DNA of 62,895 nucleotides, counting the filler. It is 6 parts of 6 records of this genome, joined end to end, with 100 filler letters (N's around TTAATTAATTAA, not from the genome) between each part and the next. Parts side by side here need not be neighbours in the genome. Positions count along the whole stretch, not along the records: positions 5,822 to 11,016 come from SRR31156797_4410; positions 11,117 to 37,037 come from SRR31156797_4413; 4 more parts are not named here. One strand, 5' to 3'. A program made the translations under genes and the position numbers. Shown here one piece after another: positions 9,074 to 18,806 of the stretch (position 1 is the stretch's first letter; each line of letters begins with the position of its first letter). The notes under the pieces are model-generated. The model did not search any database and had not been told where the DNA came from. It saw only the letters and a list, made by a program, of their open reading frames with translations.

Positions 9074-10495
9074 ATGAAAACCGAATTGACAGCTAAAGAG
9101 CGTTTAGTCATTCCCAGGGTAAAGATGCCCGAGCAGGACGCGACCAAACGTAGTACAAATTTTGAAGAGGTGAATCTCGGCCTCTCGGAACAAGCGACGA
9201 TTCAGGAGGCCCGCCGGTGCCTTCAGTGCAAAAAACGCCAATGTGTTGAAGGGTGCCCTGTCAAGGTATCCATTCCAGAATTTTTAGAGGCCGTTGTAGA
9301 AGGTAATTTCCCTGAAGCTGCTCGCATCCTTGCAAACGACACAGCTCTCCCCGCTGTTTGCGGTCGTGTATGCCCCCAGGAAAAGCAATGTGAATCAAAG
9401 TGCATCCGTGGAATTAAAGGAGACCCGGTAGCTATTGGCTATATTGAGCGTTTTGTCGCGGATTGGGCCGCCGAACACCAGGAAGAATGTGTCTCCGACC
9501 CAATCCCCAAACCCACCGGTAAAAAGGTGGCTATTGTAGGCGCCGGTCCAGCCGGGCTGACCGCTGCAGGTGAACTTGCTAAAAAAGGGCACGCTATAAC
9601 GGTATTCGAAGCTCTCCATGATGCCGGCGGTGTACTGCGTTACGGAATCCCTGAGTTTCGGCTTCCCAAAGAGGTTATTAACCGGGAAGTTGAAGCCTTA
9701 ATGGACAAAGGGGTAAAGATTGAATGCAATGTCATCATCGGCAAGACCCTTACCCTCGACCAACTCAAGGAAGAATTTGATGTTATCTTTCTCTCCAATG
9801 GTGCCGGGCTGCCGATGATGCTCAATATTCCCGGTGAAAATCTCAAAGGTGTCTATGCTGCAAATGAATACCTGACCCGGGTAAACCTCATGGGCGCTGG
9901 TCAGAGCCCATCTGCAACCACCCCCATCATCCGCGGCAATAGAGTTGCCATTATCGGTGCAGGAAATACCGCCATGGATTGCGTCCGTACAGCCCGCAGG
10001 CTTGGTGCTGAAAAGGCAATGATCGTTTATCGGCGTACAGAGGCTGAAGTTCCTGCTAGGGCGGAAGAAGTTCATCACGCCAAAGAGGAAGGAGTGGAGT
10101 TTGTCCTCCTTGCATCCCCTCAGCAAATTCTTGGCAATGCACAAGGGTGGGTAACCGGGCTTCAGTGTCAGAAGATGAAACTGGGTGAGCCTGATGAATC
10201 GGGAAGAAGGCGTCCCGTCGCAGTGGAAGGGGAAACCTTTGTTCTCGACGCAGATGTTGTTATCAATGCCCTCGGCACCCGTCCAAACCCGCTCCTCACC
10301 GCCACTGCCTCGGAACTGGAGCTGAACAAGTGGGGCAACATCGTTGTCACTGAGAACTGTGAAACAAGCATTCCCAAAGTCTATGCAGGCGGCGATATTG
10401 TCAGGGGCGGTGCCACCGTTATCCTGGCCATGGGCGATGGAAAAAGAGCCGCTGCCTCCATTGATGAGTATCTGGCAAAAGCGAGGAATCATTGA
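9074..10495 (+). CDS. nfnB: NfnB/SudA (GltD-like) subunit of the electron-bifurcating transhydrogenase
   Basis: RCLQC...CVEGCP, CGRVCPQEKQCE, GAGPAG, GAGNTAMD and GGDIVRGGATVILAM; follows nfnA and no gltB is present. Confidence 0.88.
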   Translation: MKTELTAKERLVIPRVKMPEQDATKRSTNFEEVNLGLSEQATIQEARRCLQCKKRQCVEGCPVKVSIPEFLEAVVEGNFPEAARILANDTALPAVCGRVCPQEKQCESKCIRGIKGDPVAIGYIERFVADWAAEHQEECVSDPIPKPTGKKVAIVGAGPAGLTAAGELAKKGHAITVFEALHDAGGVLRYGIPEFRLPKEVINREVEALMDKGVKIECNVIIGKTLTLDQLKEEFDVIFLSNGAGLPMMLNIPGENLKGVYAANEYLTRVNLMGAGQSPSATTPIIRGNRVAIIGAGNTAMDCVRTARRLGAEKAMIVYRRTEAEVPARAEEVHHAKEEGVEFVLLASPQQILGNAQGWVTGLQCQKMKLGEPDESGRRRPVAVEGETFVLDADVVINALGTRPNPLLTATASELELNKWGNIVVTENCETSIPKVYAGGDIVRGGATVILAMGDGKRAAASIDEYLAKARNH

Positions 10496-10853
10496 TACCC
10501 TCAGGAAAATGAAGACCTTCAGTGTGAATGTAACTGAGCATCCATACTCATAAACTTTACTGTTTTCCTGTTGCTCTTACCCCCCAGGCTTCTCTGAAAA
10601 TTGAGCAAAAAGCCTGCTTGTTTTTTTAGAGCATCAGGAATTGCAATCAAGCTTGATTCATTTAACCTTTCCACTTTTACCGTAACAAGCGATCCATTAT
10701 TTTCCGTGTCACAACGTGGTCTTTGTTAGGGTGCTCGTAGGGTGAAGGTTTTATCTGAAAGGGTCGACTTGCCAATTTGAATGAAAGTGGGCAAGAAAGG
10801 ACAATTGCCAATTATAGATAATCAAAGGAAAATATTCGGAGATAAAATAATGC

Positions 10854-10998
10854 AAATAACGACCCCGAGATGAGCGTAGCTTATCTCGGGGACGATAGGT
10901 CGGAACGCGAAGCGGTCCGACCTATCGTGAAGGTAACCGGCGAGCTTCAGCTAGTCCGAGCGGAACGCAGTGAAGCTGTGTTAAACAACTGGTTGAAC
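10854..10998 (+). repeat. attC-like site with two inserted GNA-loop hairpins
   Basis: AAATAAC, hairpins at 10863-10891 and 10892-10928, then GGTAACCGGCGAGC...GTGTTAAAC AACTG GTTGAAC. Confidence 0.5.
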
Positions 10999-11016
10999 GA
11001 AGCCGCTCTCGCGGCA

Positions 11017-11116
11017 NNNNNNNNNNNNNNNNNNNNNNNNNNNNNNNNNNNNNNNNNNNNTTAATTAATTAANNNNNNNNNNNNNNNNNNNNNNNNNNNN
11101 NNNNNNNNNNNNNNNN
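11017..11116. other. Artificial contig linker
   Basis: Same N/TTAATTAATTAA spacer. Confidence 0.98.
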
Positions 11117-11145
11117 CCCTGCTCTACCGACTGAGCTACCTGGGC
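11117..11145 (-). tRNA. 5' part of a tRNA, probably Phe, cut by the contig end
   Basis: Minus strand reads GCCCAGGTAGCTCAGTCGGTAGAGCAGGG; anticodon not visible. Confidence 0.75.
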
Positions 11146-11170
11146 TTTTCACGTTCAAAAGTGAGTGATA

Positions 11171-11199
11171 AAAATATCGAAAAACGCCTTCCTTGTCAA
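11171..11199 (-). promoter_or_regulatory. Sigma70 promoter for the tRNA
   Basis: TTGACA-17 nt-TATTTT on the minus strand. Confidence 0.6.
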
Positions 11200-11301
11200 T
11201 ATCTATTTCATATCTTTTTAAAAAATATTTTTCATTGCTGAAATATCCTACGTCTAATGGCACATTGCTAGGTATTCCAGTTGTTTTAATTAGCGGTATT
11301 T

Positions 11302-11330
11302 AAAATCCCCTTTCAGTCGAGAGGGGGATT
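11302..11330 (-). terminator. Intrinsic terminator after aroF
   Basis: AATCCCCTTTC / GAGAGGGGGATT hairpin with T-rich tail on the minus strand. Confidence 0.65.
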
Positions 11331-11343
11331 ATTTTCTCTATAG

Positions 11344-12363
11344 TTATCCTAATGTCCTTCCAACGGCTAGTGCTATGGAGCGCATGCTTCCCATAAGCTC
11401 GAGGAACTGCTGTGGTGTGAGTGACTGCGCACCGTCAGACCAAGCCTTCTCCGGTTCCGGATGTACCTCTATAATGAGACCGTCAGCACCGATAGCTACC
11501 GCCGCCTTAGAGAGCGGACCAACATACTGCCAGTGACCAGCCGCATGGCTAGGGTCGATTATGATAGGCAGGTGTGATTTCTCTTTGATGACCGGTACAG
11601 CGCTTATGTCGAGTGTGTTTCTCGTCGCTGTTTCAAATGTTCTCAGTCCACGCTCACAGAGGATAACATTCTTATTTCCTTCGGAGAGGATGTATTCTGT
11701 CGCAGTGAGGTATTCCTCGATAGTTGTTGCCATTCCACGCTTAAGGAGAACTGGCTTATCTGTTTTACCCAGTTCGCTTAGCAGTGCGAAGTTTTGCACG
11801 TTTCTGGCGCCCACCTGAAACATATCTGCGTATTTGTAAACCATATCAACATATCTAGGGTTGGTTACTTCTGTTACGAATGGAAGACCAGTCTCTTCAC
11901 GTGCTTTAGCCAGGATTTTTAGCCCGTCCTCTTCGAGCCCCTGGAATGAGTATGGTGATGTCCTCGGTTTGAAAGCACCACCGCGAAGCATTTGTGCGCC
12001 AGCGGCTTTTACAAAATGAGCAGTCTTGATAACGCTCTCCTCGCCTTCAACAGAACAAGGACCAGCTATCACCGGCACGTTTTCACCGCCGAATTTTACA
12101 CCGGAAACATCAATGATGCTCGGCTCAGGCTTAACCTCTTTGCATGCGAGCTTATAAGGCTTGCTGATAGGTACGATGTTTTCAACGCCGGGCAGGTCGC
12201 CAATTACGTTTGTTTTCTCACGCTGACCAGCAACACCAACGAGTCCAATCACGTTTCTCTCTTTACCTTCGATGATGTGCGGGCTGAATCCGAGGCTGTC
12301 TGCTACTTCGATAATCTTGTCCTGTTCTTCCTGTTTAGCTCCGATTTTCATTACTACGATCAT
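11344..12363 (-). CDS. aroF: DAHP synthase, class I-beta, with N-terminal regulatory domain
   Basis: [31 protein letters not shown] and DPSHAAG motifs; Shine-Dalgarno GGAGGA. Confidence 0.95.
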   Translation of the reverse strand: MIVVMKIGAKQEEQDKIIEVADSLGFSPHIIEGKERNVIGLVGVAGQREKTNVIGDLPGVENIVPISKPYKLACKEVKPEPSIIDVSGVKFGGENVPVIAGPCSVEGEESVIKTAHFVKAAGAQMLRGGAFKPRTSPYSFQGLEEDGLKILAKAREETGLPFVTEVTNPRYVDMVYKYADMFQVGARNVQNFALLSELGKTDKPVLLKRGMATTIEEYLTATEYILSEGNKNVILCERGLRTFETATRNTLDISAVPVIKEKSHLPIIIDPSHAAGHWQYVGPLSKAAVAIGADGLIIEVHPEPEKAWSDGAQSLTPQQFLELMGSMRSIALAVGRTLG

Positions 12364-12472
12364 TTCGATCCTCCATATATGTTTTATTCTAATCTATATC
12401 TCTTAAAGCCTGCAACGCAGGCTGCATTCACGAGGGAGTAAATTGTATCCTCTCTAATTATGCCTCTATTGC

Positions 12473-12512
12473 AAATAGAAAAGGCCGCAAGCGGTTAAAG
12501 CCGCTGCGGCCT
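12473..12512 (-). terminator. Attenuator terminator in the aroF leader
   Basis: AGGCCGCA-GCGG-CTTTAA-CCGC-T-TGCGGCCT followed by TTTCTATTT on the minus strand. Confidence 0.82.
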
Positions 12513-12543
12513 GTATAAACTTATAAAAAAGAACAGGGCAATA

Positions 12544-12624
12544 TCAGACGGCTACACTTCCGGTGCTTCTAAAAAAGTAAAAAAAGCTAAAAAAGTAAGT
12601 TCTGATATTTTTCCACATGTTCAT
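12544..12624 (-). CDS. Aromatic-amino-acid leader peptide MNMWKNIRTYFFSFFYFFRSTGSVAV
   Basis: 6 Phe, 2 Tyr and 1 Trp codons directly upstream of a terminator and aroF. Confidence 0.82.
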   Translation of the reverse strand: MNMWKNIRTYFFSFFYFFRSTGSVAV

Positions 12625-12630
12625 ATTGTT

Positions 12631-12659
12631 TAGATATACTAAATCGAGTAAAGTGTCAA
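12631..12659 (-). promoter_or_regulatory. Probable sigma70 promoter for the leader and aroF
   Basis: Perfect TTGACA (12654-12659), 17 nt, then a weak -10 TATCTA. Confidence 0.5.
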
Positions 12660-12763
12660 TGAAAAATATTTGTAAAATCAGATCAGGCACAAAAATACTT
12701 GTATAAATTATTGGCAAGTTATACATAATATATAGTGAATATGATTTATAAAGGACAATTAAT

Positions 12764-13345
12764 ATGGATAAATATGTAACAGATATCTTTGATGAGATGC
12801 GTGAAACACAAAACAGGTTCATAGCAGAGGCTAAACCTATACTTATATCTATCGCAACCGAGATAGCTGACTGCTTTATTAACGGCGGTAAGTTGATGAT
12901 TTTCGGCAATGGCGGTTCTGCATCTGATGCTCAGCATATCGCCGCTGAATTTGTTAACAGATTTAAGATGGAGCGTCCGCCGCTCCCTGCGATAGCTTTT
13001 ACAACAGACACATCTATCCTTACATCGATCGGAAATGATTACGAATTTAACGATATATTCCTTAAACAGGTGAGTGCGCTCGGTAATGAGAATGATATTG
13101 TATGGGGTATATCCACTAGCGGTAACTCTGAGAATGTCGTTCGTGCTCTCCGTGAGGCGGCTCGTGAAGACATGAAGATAATCGGCTTTACCGGACGTGA
13201 CGGCGGAAAGATGAAAGGGCTTTGTGACCTTCTGTTTCAGTCGCCGTCTGAAAACACAGCTCGTATTCAGGAAGTTCATATCGCAGCGGCACACATTATC
13301 TGCCAGCTGGTTGATGAAATAATGTTTGGAAAATTTGCCAGCTAA
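12764..13345 (+). CDS. gmhA: Phosphoheptose isomerase
   Basis: GNGGSASDAQH, STSGNSEN and RIQEVH motifs. Confidence 0.95.
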   Translation: MDKYVTDIFDEMRETQNRFIAEAKPILISIATEIADCFINGGKLMIFGNGGSASDAQHIAAEFVNRFKMERPPLPAIAFTTDTSILTSIGNDYEFNDIFLKQVSALGNENDIVWGISTSGNSENVVRALREAAREDMKIIGFTGRDGGKMKGLCDLLFQSPSENTARIQEVHIAAAHIICQLVDEIMFGKFAS

Positions 13346-13346
13346 T

Positions 13347-16300
13347 ATGTCTATCTTAAGCAGTCTTTGGGGCTGTTCATCTGTATGGCATTTCAAAAAC
13401 GACAGACCGGAAGGTCGGGTCAGCATTCTTGTCGCCTCGAGCAAGAGGGAATACGATCTTATCCTTCAGGAGGCTGAGTTCTTCTTTGCCAATGTCCGTG
13501 TGCTCCCTTTTCCTGAATATACTCAGGAGCCTTTCGAAGAGGCTAGGGTTTTGCCGGAAGTTTTTGCTAAAAGGGCTTCGACACTAGATTTTCTGTTGAA
13601 CAAAGATGACAGCTGCATTCTTGTAACCACACCTTATGGACTTCTCAAGTCGTTACCACCAAGAGACGTTTTTAAATCAGCCACAGCAGAGATAAAGCTC
13701 GGTGAAGGTTATGAACGTGAAGAGCTGGAATATATTCTTGCCTACTCAGGCTATGTCCATGTAGAGATGGTCGAGGGCGCAGGTGAGTATGCTTTCAGAG
13801 GAGACACACTTGAGGTTTTCCCTGCGGACAGCGATGATCCTTGCCTGATAGAGTTTTTTGACGATGAGGCAGAGAGGATATCTTACGTTGATGTCCGCAC
13901 CAGAAAGACAATCAGGACTGAAAAGTCAGTCAGGCTGCTTCCAGCTTCGGAAGCGTTGTTTGATACTGATGATCTCAATAAATATATAACAGATCAGGAT
14001 ATTCTTGATAAAATTGAACTTTACGGTAAATATGCCGGTTGCCACTGGCTCACTCCGTCAGTGCATAATATGGGTTGCCTGCTCGATTATGTAGGCGACA
14101 GCTATAATTTCCTCTTTTTCACCGAAGACCATAGGTCGGTTTTTACCGATTTCAGAGTTATCATAGATGATAAAATTCCTTCGGAAGTACCTTTCTGGGG
14201 TAATAATTTCTTAGCTCCATCCCGTATGCTCTACTTCATGGAAGAGGGCAGGGTCAACAGGATGATCGACATCTCTACTGACGAATCTGAAAACCAGAGA
14301 TATAAGAGCAGCTCTATGCTTTTCGCTGGTAAGAAAGGGAATCTTTATCAGTCTATGTCTGCTGCGATGGAGATTATCAAGAAACAGACAGATGAGGGGT
14401 ACAGAGTTATCTGCTCCATAGAGAGTGAGCGGCTTGCAAAACTTTTTACTGAGTTTTCAAAAGATTACGCTTACATGCCTGCGAAGATTGATAGGTTCAG
14501 CGATGTAGGCAAATCAGGACTTTATCTCCACTCTGAAAAATTCAGAGGCGGTTTCATAGATGAGAAGCTGATGCTCTCAGTTGTGACCGATGAGGACATT
14601 TTCGGCACTGCGAAGAAACGTCCGAAACGTGGGAAGAAAGAACTCTACTCCACGACAATCTCTGACCTTGAGCCGGGTGATCACGTTGTTCATGTTGACT
14701 ATGGTATAGGTCTTTACCTCGGGCTTGTTCACCAGAGCATAGGCGGTGTTGAGGGTGATTTTATCCAGCTTGAATACGATAAGAAAGAATACCTGTATGT
14801 CCCCCTTGCATCCATCGGGCAGATACAGAAATATATAGGCTCAGAAGGCTCAAGTCCTCGGATTAGCTCTCTTCAGACACAAACATGGAAGAAGGTTAAG
14901 GCACAGGCTAAAGCTAAAGCTAAGAAGATTGCGATGGATCTTTTGAAGCTTTACGCTCAGCGTAAGGTGGAGAAGGGATTTTCTTTTGCTGATGACGGCA
15001 GTATGCTTGAGGATTTCGAAGAGAGATTCGAATATGACGAGACAGACGACCAGCTTTCGGCTGTACACGACGTTTATAACGATATGGAATCGTCTATGCC
15101 GATGGAGAGGCTTGTCTGCGGTGATGTGGGCTTCGGTAAGACAGAAGTAGCTATGCGTGCCGCTTGCAAAGCTGTTGCAGGAGGTAAGCAGGTTGCGATA
15201 CTTGTGCCTACGACTGTTCTCGCTCGTCAGCATTATATGACATTTTTTGAGCGGTTTAAGGAGCTTCCGGTTAAGGTTGATTATATCAGCCGTTTCCGTA
15301 CTGCGAAAGACACACGGGAGATACTTGTTCAGCTTTCAAAAGGTGAGCTGGACATACTTATCGGAACACATAAAATGCTCTCTAAAGAGGTTGAGTTTCA
15401 GGATCTGGGGCTGCTTGTTATCGATGAGGAGCAGAGGTTTGGTGTTGCCCATAAAGAGAAGATAAAGGCTATGCGAAGCAACGTTGATGTTCTTTACCTT
15501 TCAGCGACTCCTATCCCTAGGACATTACAGCTATCCCTCTCAGGTATAAGAGATATATCTACCATAGATACTCCGCCGATGGACAGGCTACCTGTTATCA
15601 CAAAGGTTATTAAACGTGATCAGGAGATTAAGAACGCTATCCAGCGTGAGCTTGAGCGTGGCGGTCAGGTTTATTTCCTTCATAACAGAGTTGAGAATAT
15701 TGAGCAGGTTACTGCTGGTGTTAAGGATATGCTTCCTGGGGCTAATGTCTCTTTTGCACACGGGCAGATGTCGAGCTCAGAGCTTGAAAAAATTCTTATG
15801 GGATTTTACTCTGGTCAGACGGATGTTCTTGTCTGCACTGCGATTATTGAAAACGGAATTGATATCCCAAACGCTAATACGATTGTGATAAATGATGCCG
15901 CACATCTCGGTTTGGCGCAGATTTATCAGCTTAAAGGGCGTGTTGGGCGTTCTGTGCGTCGTGGGTATTGCTATCTCATTGTAGAGCAGTTTGCAGCGCT
16001 TACGGAAGTGGCTCAGAAGAGACTCAAAATTATCCAACAGCTTTCAGATTTAGGGTCAGGGGTTAAGATTGCTTTTTACGATCTACAGCTTAGAGGTGCG
16101 GGCGATCTGCTCGGTGCTGATCAGTCAGGCTTTATGGTCAAAGTCGGTTACGAACTTTTTATCGCTATGATAGATGAAGCTGTTAAAGATCTGAAAGGCA
16201 TCACAAGTATCTCTGCCGATACGGAAATTATCACCGGCATACCTCACTTCATACCTGCTGATTATATAGAAGATACGAAGATCAGGCTCGACTATTACCG

Positions 16301-16658
16301 TAAGTTCTCAGAGACCGAGGATATGAACGGTGTGCGTGATCTTTTAGGTGAACTGGCAGATATTTACGGTGAACTTAAACCAGAGACAGAAAACCTTGGG
16401 CGTGTAATGCTCATTAAAAAACTCGCAGGTTTCGCTAATATGGCAAAAGTGTATCTGTATAGTAATAAAGTTAAAATGGTATTTACAAAAGGAACACCGG
16501 TAAATCCGCAGCGTATTATGGATGCCATTGCAAAAGCTGGTGCAGGTTCAAAATTCGACAATGAATTCACCCTTTCTCTATTCTTTGAAAAAGAGCATAA
16601 AGTCCTTGATAAGACAATATTTTTTATTAATGAACTGATAAAGATACCGACTGTCTGA
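13347..16658 (+). CDS. mfd: Transcription-repair coupling factor
   Basis: CarD-like RID, GDVGFGKTEVA, DEEQRFG, SATPIPRT and TRCF C-terminus; ATG 13347 follows the gmhA stop. Confidence 0.96.
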   Translation: MSILSSLWGCSSVWHFKNDRPEGRVSILVASSKREYDLILQEAEFFFANVRVLPFPEYTQEPFEEARVLPEVFAKRASTLDFLLNKDDSCILVTTPYGLLKSLPPRDVFKSATAEIKLGEGYEREELEYILAYSGYVHVEMVEGAGEYAFRGDTLEVFPADSDDPCLIEFFDDEAERISYVDVRTRKTIRTEKSVRLLPASEALFDTDDLNKYITDQDILDKIELYGKYAGCHWLTPSVHNMGCLLDYVGDSYNFLFFTEDHRSVFTDFRVIIDDKIPSEVPFWGNNFLAPSRMLYFMEEGRVNRMIDISTDESENQRYKSSSMLFAGKKGNLYQSMSAAMEIIKKQTDEGYRVICSIESERLAKLFTEFSKDYAYMPAKIDRFSDVGKSGLYLHSEKFRGGFIDEKLMLSVVTDEDIFGTAKKRPKRGKKELYSTTISDLEPGDHVVHVDYGIGLYLGLVHQSIGGVEGDFIQLEYDKKEYLYVPLASIGQIQKYIGSEGSSPRISSLQTQTWKKVKAQAKAKAKKIAMDLLKLYAQRKVEKGFSFADDGSMLEDFEERFEYDETDDQLSAVHDVYNDMESSMPMERLVCGDVGFGKTEVAMRAACKAVAGGKQVAILVPTTVLARQHYMTFFERFKELPVKVDYISRFRTAKDTREILVQLSKGELDILIGTHKMLSKEVEFQDLGLLVIDEEQRFGVAHKEKIKAMRSNVDVLYLSATPIPRTLQLSLSGIRDISTIDTPPMDRLPVITKVIKRDQEIKNAIQRELERGGQVYFLHNRVENIEQVTAGVKDMLPGANVSFAHGQMSSSELEKILMGFYSGQTDVLVCTAIIENGIDIPNANTIVINDAAHLGLAQIYQLKGRVGRSVRRGYCYLIVEQFAALTEVAQKRLKIIQQLSDLGSGVKIAFYDLQLRGAGDLLGADQSGFMVKVGYELFIAMIDEAVKDLKGITSISADTEIITGIPHFIPADYIEDTKIRLDYYRKFSETEDMNGVRDLLGELADIYGELKPETENLGRVMLIKKLAGFANMAKVYLYSNKVKMVFTKGTPVNPQRIMDAIAKAGAGSKFDNEFTLSLFFEKEHKVLDKTIFFINELIKIPTV

Positions 16659-16710
16659 GTATAAATACACTATTGCAAAAATACACATATTTAAGGTATT
16701 GTAGAAGGCT

Positions 16711-17667
16711 ATGAAAAAGAAATTAAACCTTATAATTATACTTGCTGTTTGCTTGTCTGTATTCGCTTGTTTTCCTAAGAAAGACGAGGGTAAAGCGGAC
16801 GATAGCGGCGAGCTTTTGGCTAATACTTTTGTAATCATTAACGGCGAATTTGTCAGCAAAGATGATTATAAAATGTTTGTGTCCTACTCTAATTCTGTGA
16901 TGGATATCGAAACCAGAAGCAATGCGGCTATTGTCGAAGCCCTTAAAAAGGATTTTATCGAGCATAGAATGCTTCTGCAAAAGGCTGTTGAGGCTGAGAT
17001 AACTGTTGATGACAACAAGTTTAAAGAGGTTGTCGAGTCCTTCCAAACCATCAAAGGGCAGAAGAAACTGAGCGAGTTTGAACAAAAGCTTAAACTCGAT
17101 TTTGAATCTTTGAAGATGCTCCTCCGTCAGAGAATCATAATCGGTAAACTCCTTGAGAAGGTCGCAGGTACTGATATTGATATCAATGAGGAAGAGCTTA
17201 AAGAGTTTTATGAGTTAAAGAAAAATGAACTTACTGCCGATGTTACGGCTCATGTTCTACATATAGTTGCTTATGACGAAAAGGCGGCGCAGAACGCACT
17301 GTCGCTCATTAAGCAGGGGATACCGTTCTCTGAGGTCGCTGAAAAATTTTCTGTCGCACCTGAACGTGAAAACGGCGGTGATCTCGGTTTTATTAAAGTA
17401 AATGAATATCCTGATATCTTTAAAGAGGCTCTCACACTTAAAAAAGGACAGGTGAGCGGGATAGTTAAGTCTGATTACGGTTATCACATCTTTAAACTTG
17501 TTGAAGTGCAGAAGAAATCCGGTGTCAGCTTTGATGCTCTTAAAAAGAAGCTTTATGCCGAACTTTACGGTATAAAACAGGAAAATAAAGTAAGGAAATA
17601 TATCAATGACTTGTATGAAAAATCTGAAATTGTTTACCCTGATCCTGCTGGTCGCACTGGCAACTAA
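16711..17667 (+). CDS. PpiC-type peptidyl-prolyl isomerase lipoprotein
   Basis: Lipobox VFAC, FSEVAEKFS, GGDLGF and SDYGYHIFK motifs. Confidence 0.88.
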   Translation: MKKKLNLIIILAVCLSVFACFPKKDEGKADDSGELLANTFVIINGEFVSKDDYKMFVSYSNSVMDIETRSNAAIVEALKKDFIEHRMLLQKAVEAEITVDDNKFKEVVESFQTIKGQKKLSEFEQKLKLDFESLKMLLRQRIIIGKLLEKVAGTDIDINEEELKEFYELKKNELTADVTAHVLHIVAYDEKAAQNALSLIKQGIPFSEVAEKFSVAPERENGGDLGFIKVNEYPDIFKEALTLKKGQVSGIVKSDYGYHIFKLVEVQKKSGVSFDALKKKLYAELYGIKQENKVRKYINDLYEKSEIVYPDPAGRTGN

Positions 17668-18541
17668 CGCAAATGCTGAGATAATTAATAGAGTTTATGC
17701 TGTTGTTGGTGAAAAGGTCATCACTCAGTATGAGCTCGAAATACTGAACCCGAAAAAACTTCAGTTTATATACAGGAAATACAGCGGTGAAGAGCAGCAG
17801 GAACAGCTGACTAAATATTACCTTAACGCCCTTGATGTTCTCATCTCGAACTATGTGATTGAGCAGGCAGCATCGAGAGAGGGTGTACGTGTTTCTAACC
17901 GTGAGGTTGACGGCGCTGTTAAAGATGTTATGGTTCAGAATAATGTCGATGAAACAAGGCTTGAAGAGCTTCTAGCGGCATCCAATCAGACAATGGAGCA
18001 GTATAAGTGGACCCTTAAGATAGGTATTCTTAAAGGGAGACTTATGAGTACGGTTTTCAGACCAAAAATTATCATTACAGAAGATGACATAAAAAATTAT
18101 GTTGATAAGAATGCTGATGCGCTTGAGCTTTCTGATCAGTACGAACTTAGGATGATGCGTGTCGGTTCTGACGATGAGCTTAAAGAGGCTATGGCTGATT
18201 TCAAATCAGGTGGGAGCTTCCGTGATACTGCTATGAAATACTCAAAAAACTCAAACGCTTCTGATGGTGGCTACCTCGGCTGGGTCGAAGTGAGTTTCCT
18301 CGATGATGAGATAAGAAGCGCTATTATCAAAGCGAAAGAGGGGATTACAGAGCCTATCAAAGACGATAACGGTTACAGAATCTTCTTTATCGAAGGATTT
18401 AAAAACAGAGATGAAATTGGCGATGATAAAAGGAAGAAGATAGTTCGCGAGATGCAGGAAGACCAGTCTAAAGAAATTTTTGCTAACTGGCTTGCAGAAA
18501 AAAAGAAAGAGATACTCATCCAGAAAAAATATGAGAATTGA
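17615..18541 (+). CDS. surA: SurA-like periplasmic chaperone/PPIase
   Basis: Signal peptide, IINRVYAVVGEKVITQYE and rotamase GGYLGW. Confidence 0.75.
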   Translation: MKNLKLFTLILLVALATNANAEIINRVYAVVGEKVITQYELEILNPKKLQFIYRKYSGEEQQEQLTKYYLNALDVLISNYVIEQAASREGVRVSNREVDGAVKDVMVQNNVDETRLEELLAASNQTMEQYKWTLKIGILKGRLMSTVFRPKIIITEDDIKNYVDKNADALELSDQYELRMMRVGSDDELKEAMADFKSGGSFRDTAMKYSKNSNASDGGYLGWVEVSFLDDEIRSAIIKAKEGITEPIKDDNGYRIFFIEGFKNRDEIGDDKRKKIVREMQEDQSKEIFANWLAEKKKEILIQKKYEN

Positions 18542-18794
18542 TAAACTGCTAAAGGTTCTAATGCTTATTAAGCGTAGAACTGTCGCAAATGAGATGGCTG
18601 ATGAGGGGTTTGTTCTTCTCAACGGTCGTCAGTCTAAACCAGGATCTAAGGTTAAGGTTGGTGACATTATTGAACTCGATATGTGGAATTACTACAAAAA
18701 GATCGAGATAGTCATACTGCCTGAGCGTGGGTCTGTGCCGAAGAAAGACGTTGATAAATATCTGAAAATCTTAGAATACAGAACAAAAGAATAA
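18531..18794 (+). CDS. S4-domain RNA-binding protein (RqcP/YabO/Hsp15-like)
   Basis: MRIDKLLKVLMLIKRRTVA...KPGSKVKVGD. Confidence 0.85.
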   Translation: MRIDKLLKVLMLIKRRTVANEMADEGFVLLNGRQSKPGSKVKVGDIIELDMWNYYKKIEIVILPERGSVPKKDVDKYLKILEYRTKE

Positions 18795-18806
18795 CCGGAG
18801 TCGTGT

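Noticed and set aside
9698-10492. Long antisense ORFs (also 12746-13444, 20673-21074, 54970-55464 and others)
   Set aside because: Shadows of well-supported genes on the opposite strand, with no motifs of their own.
12544-12909. 121-aa minus-strand ORF as a real protein
   Set aside because: Most of it overlaps gmhA and the divergent promoter region; only the last 26 codons are meaningful, as the leader peptide.
18780-18806. glmS ribozyme
   Set aside because: Only 12 nt separate the S4 gene from glmS, leaving no room.
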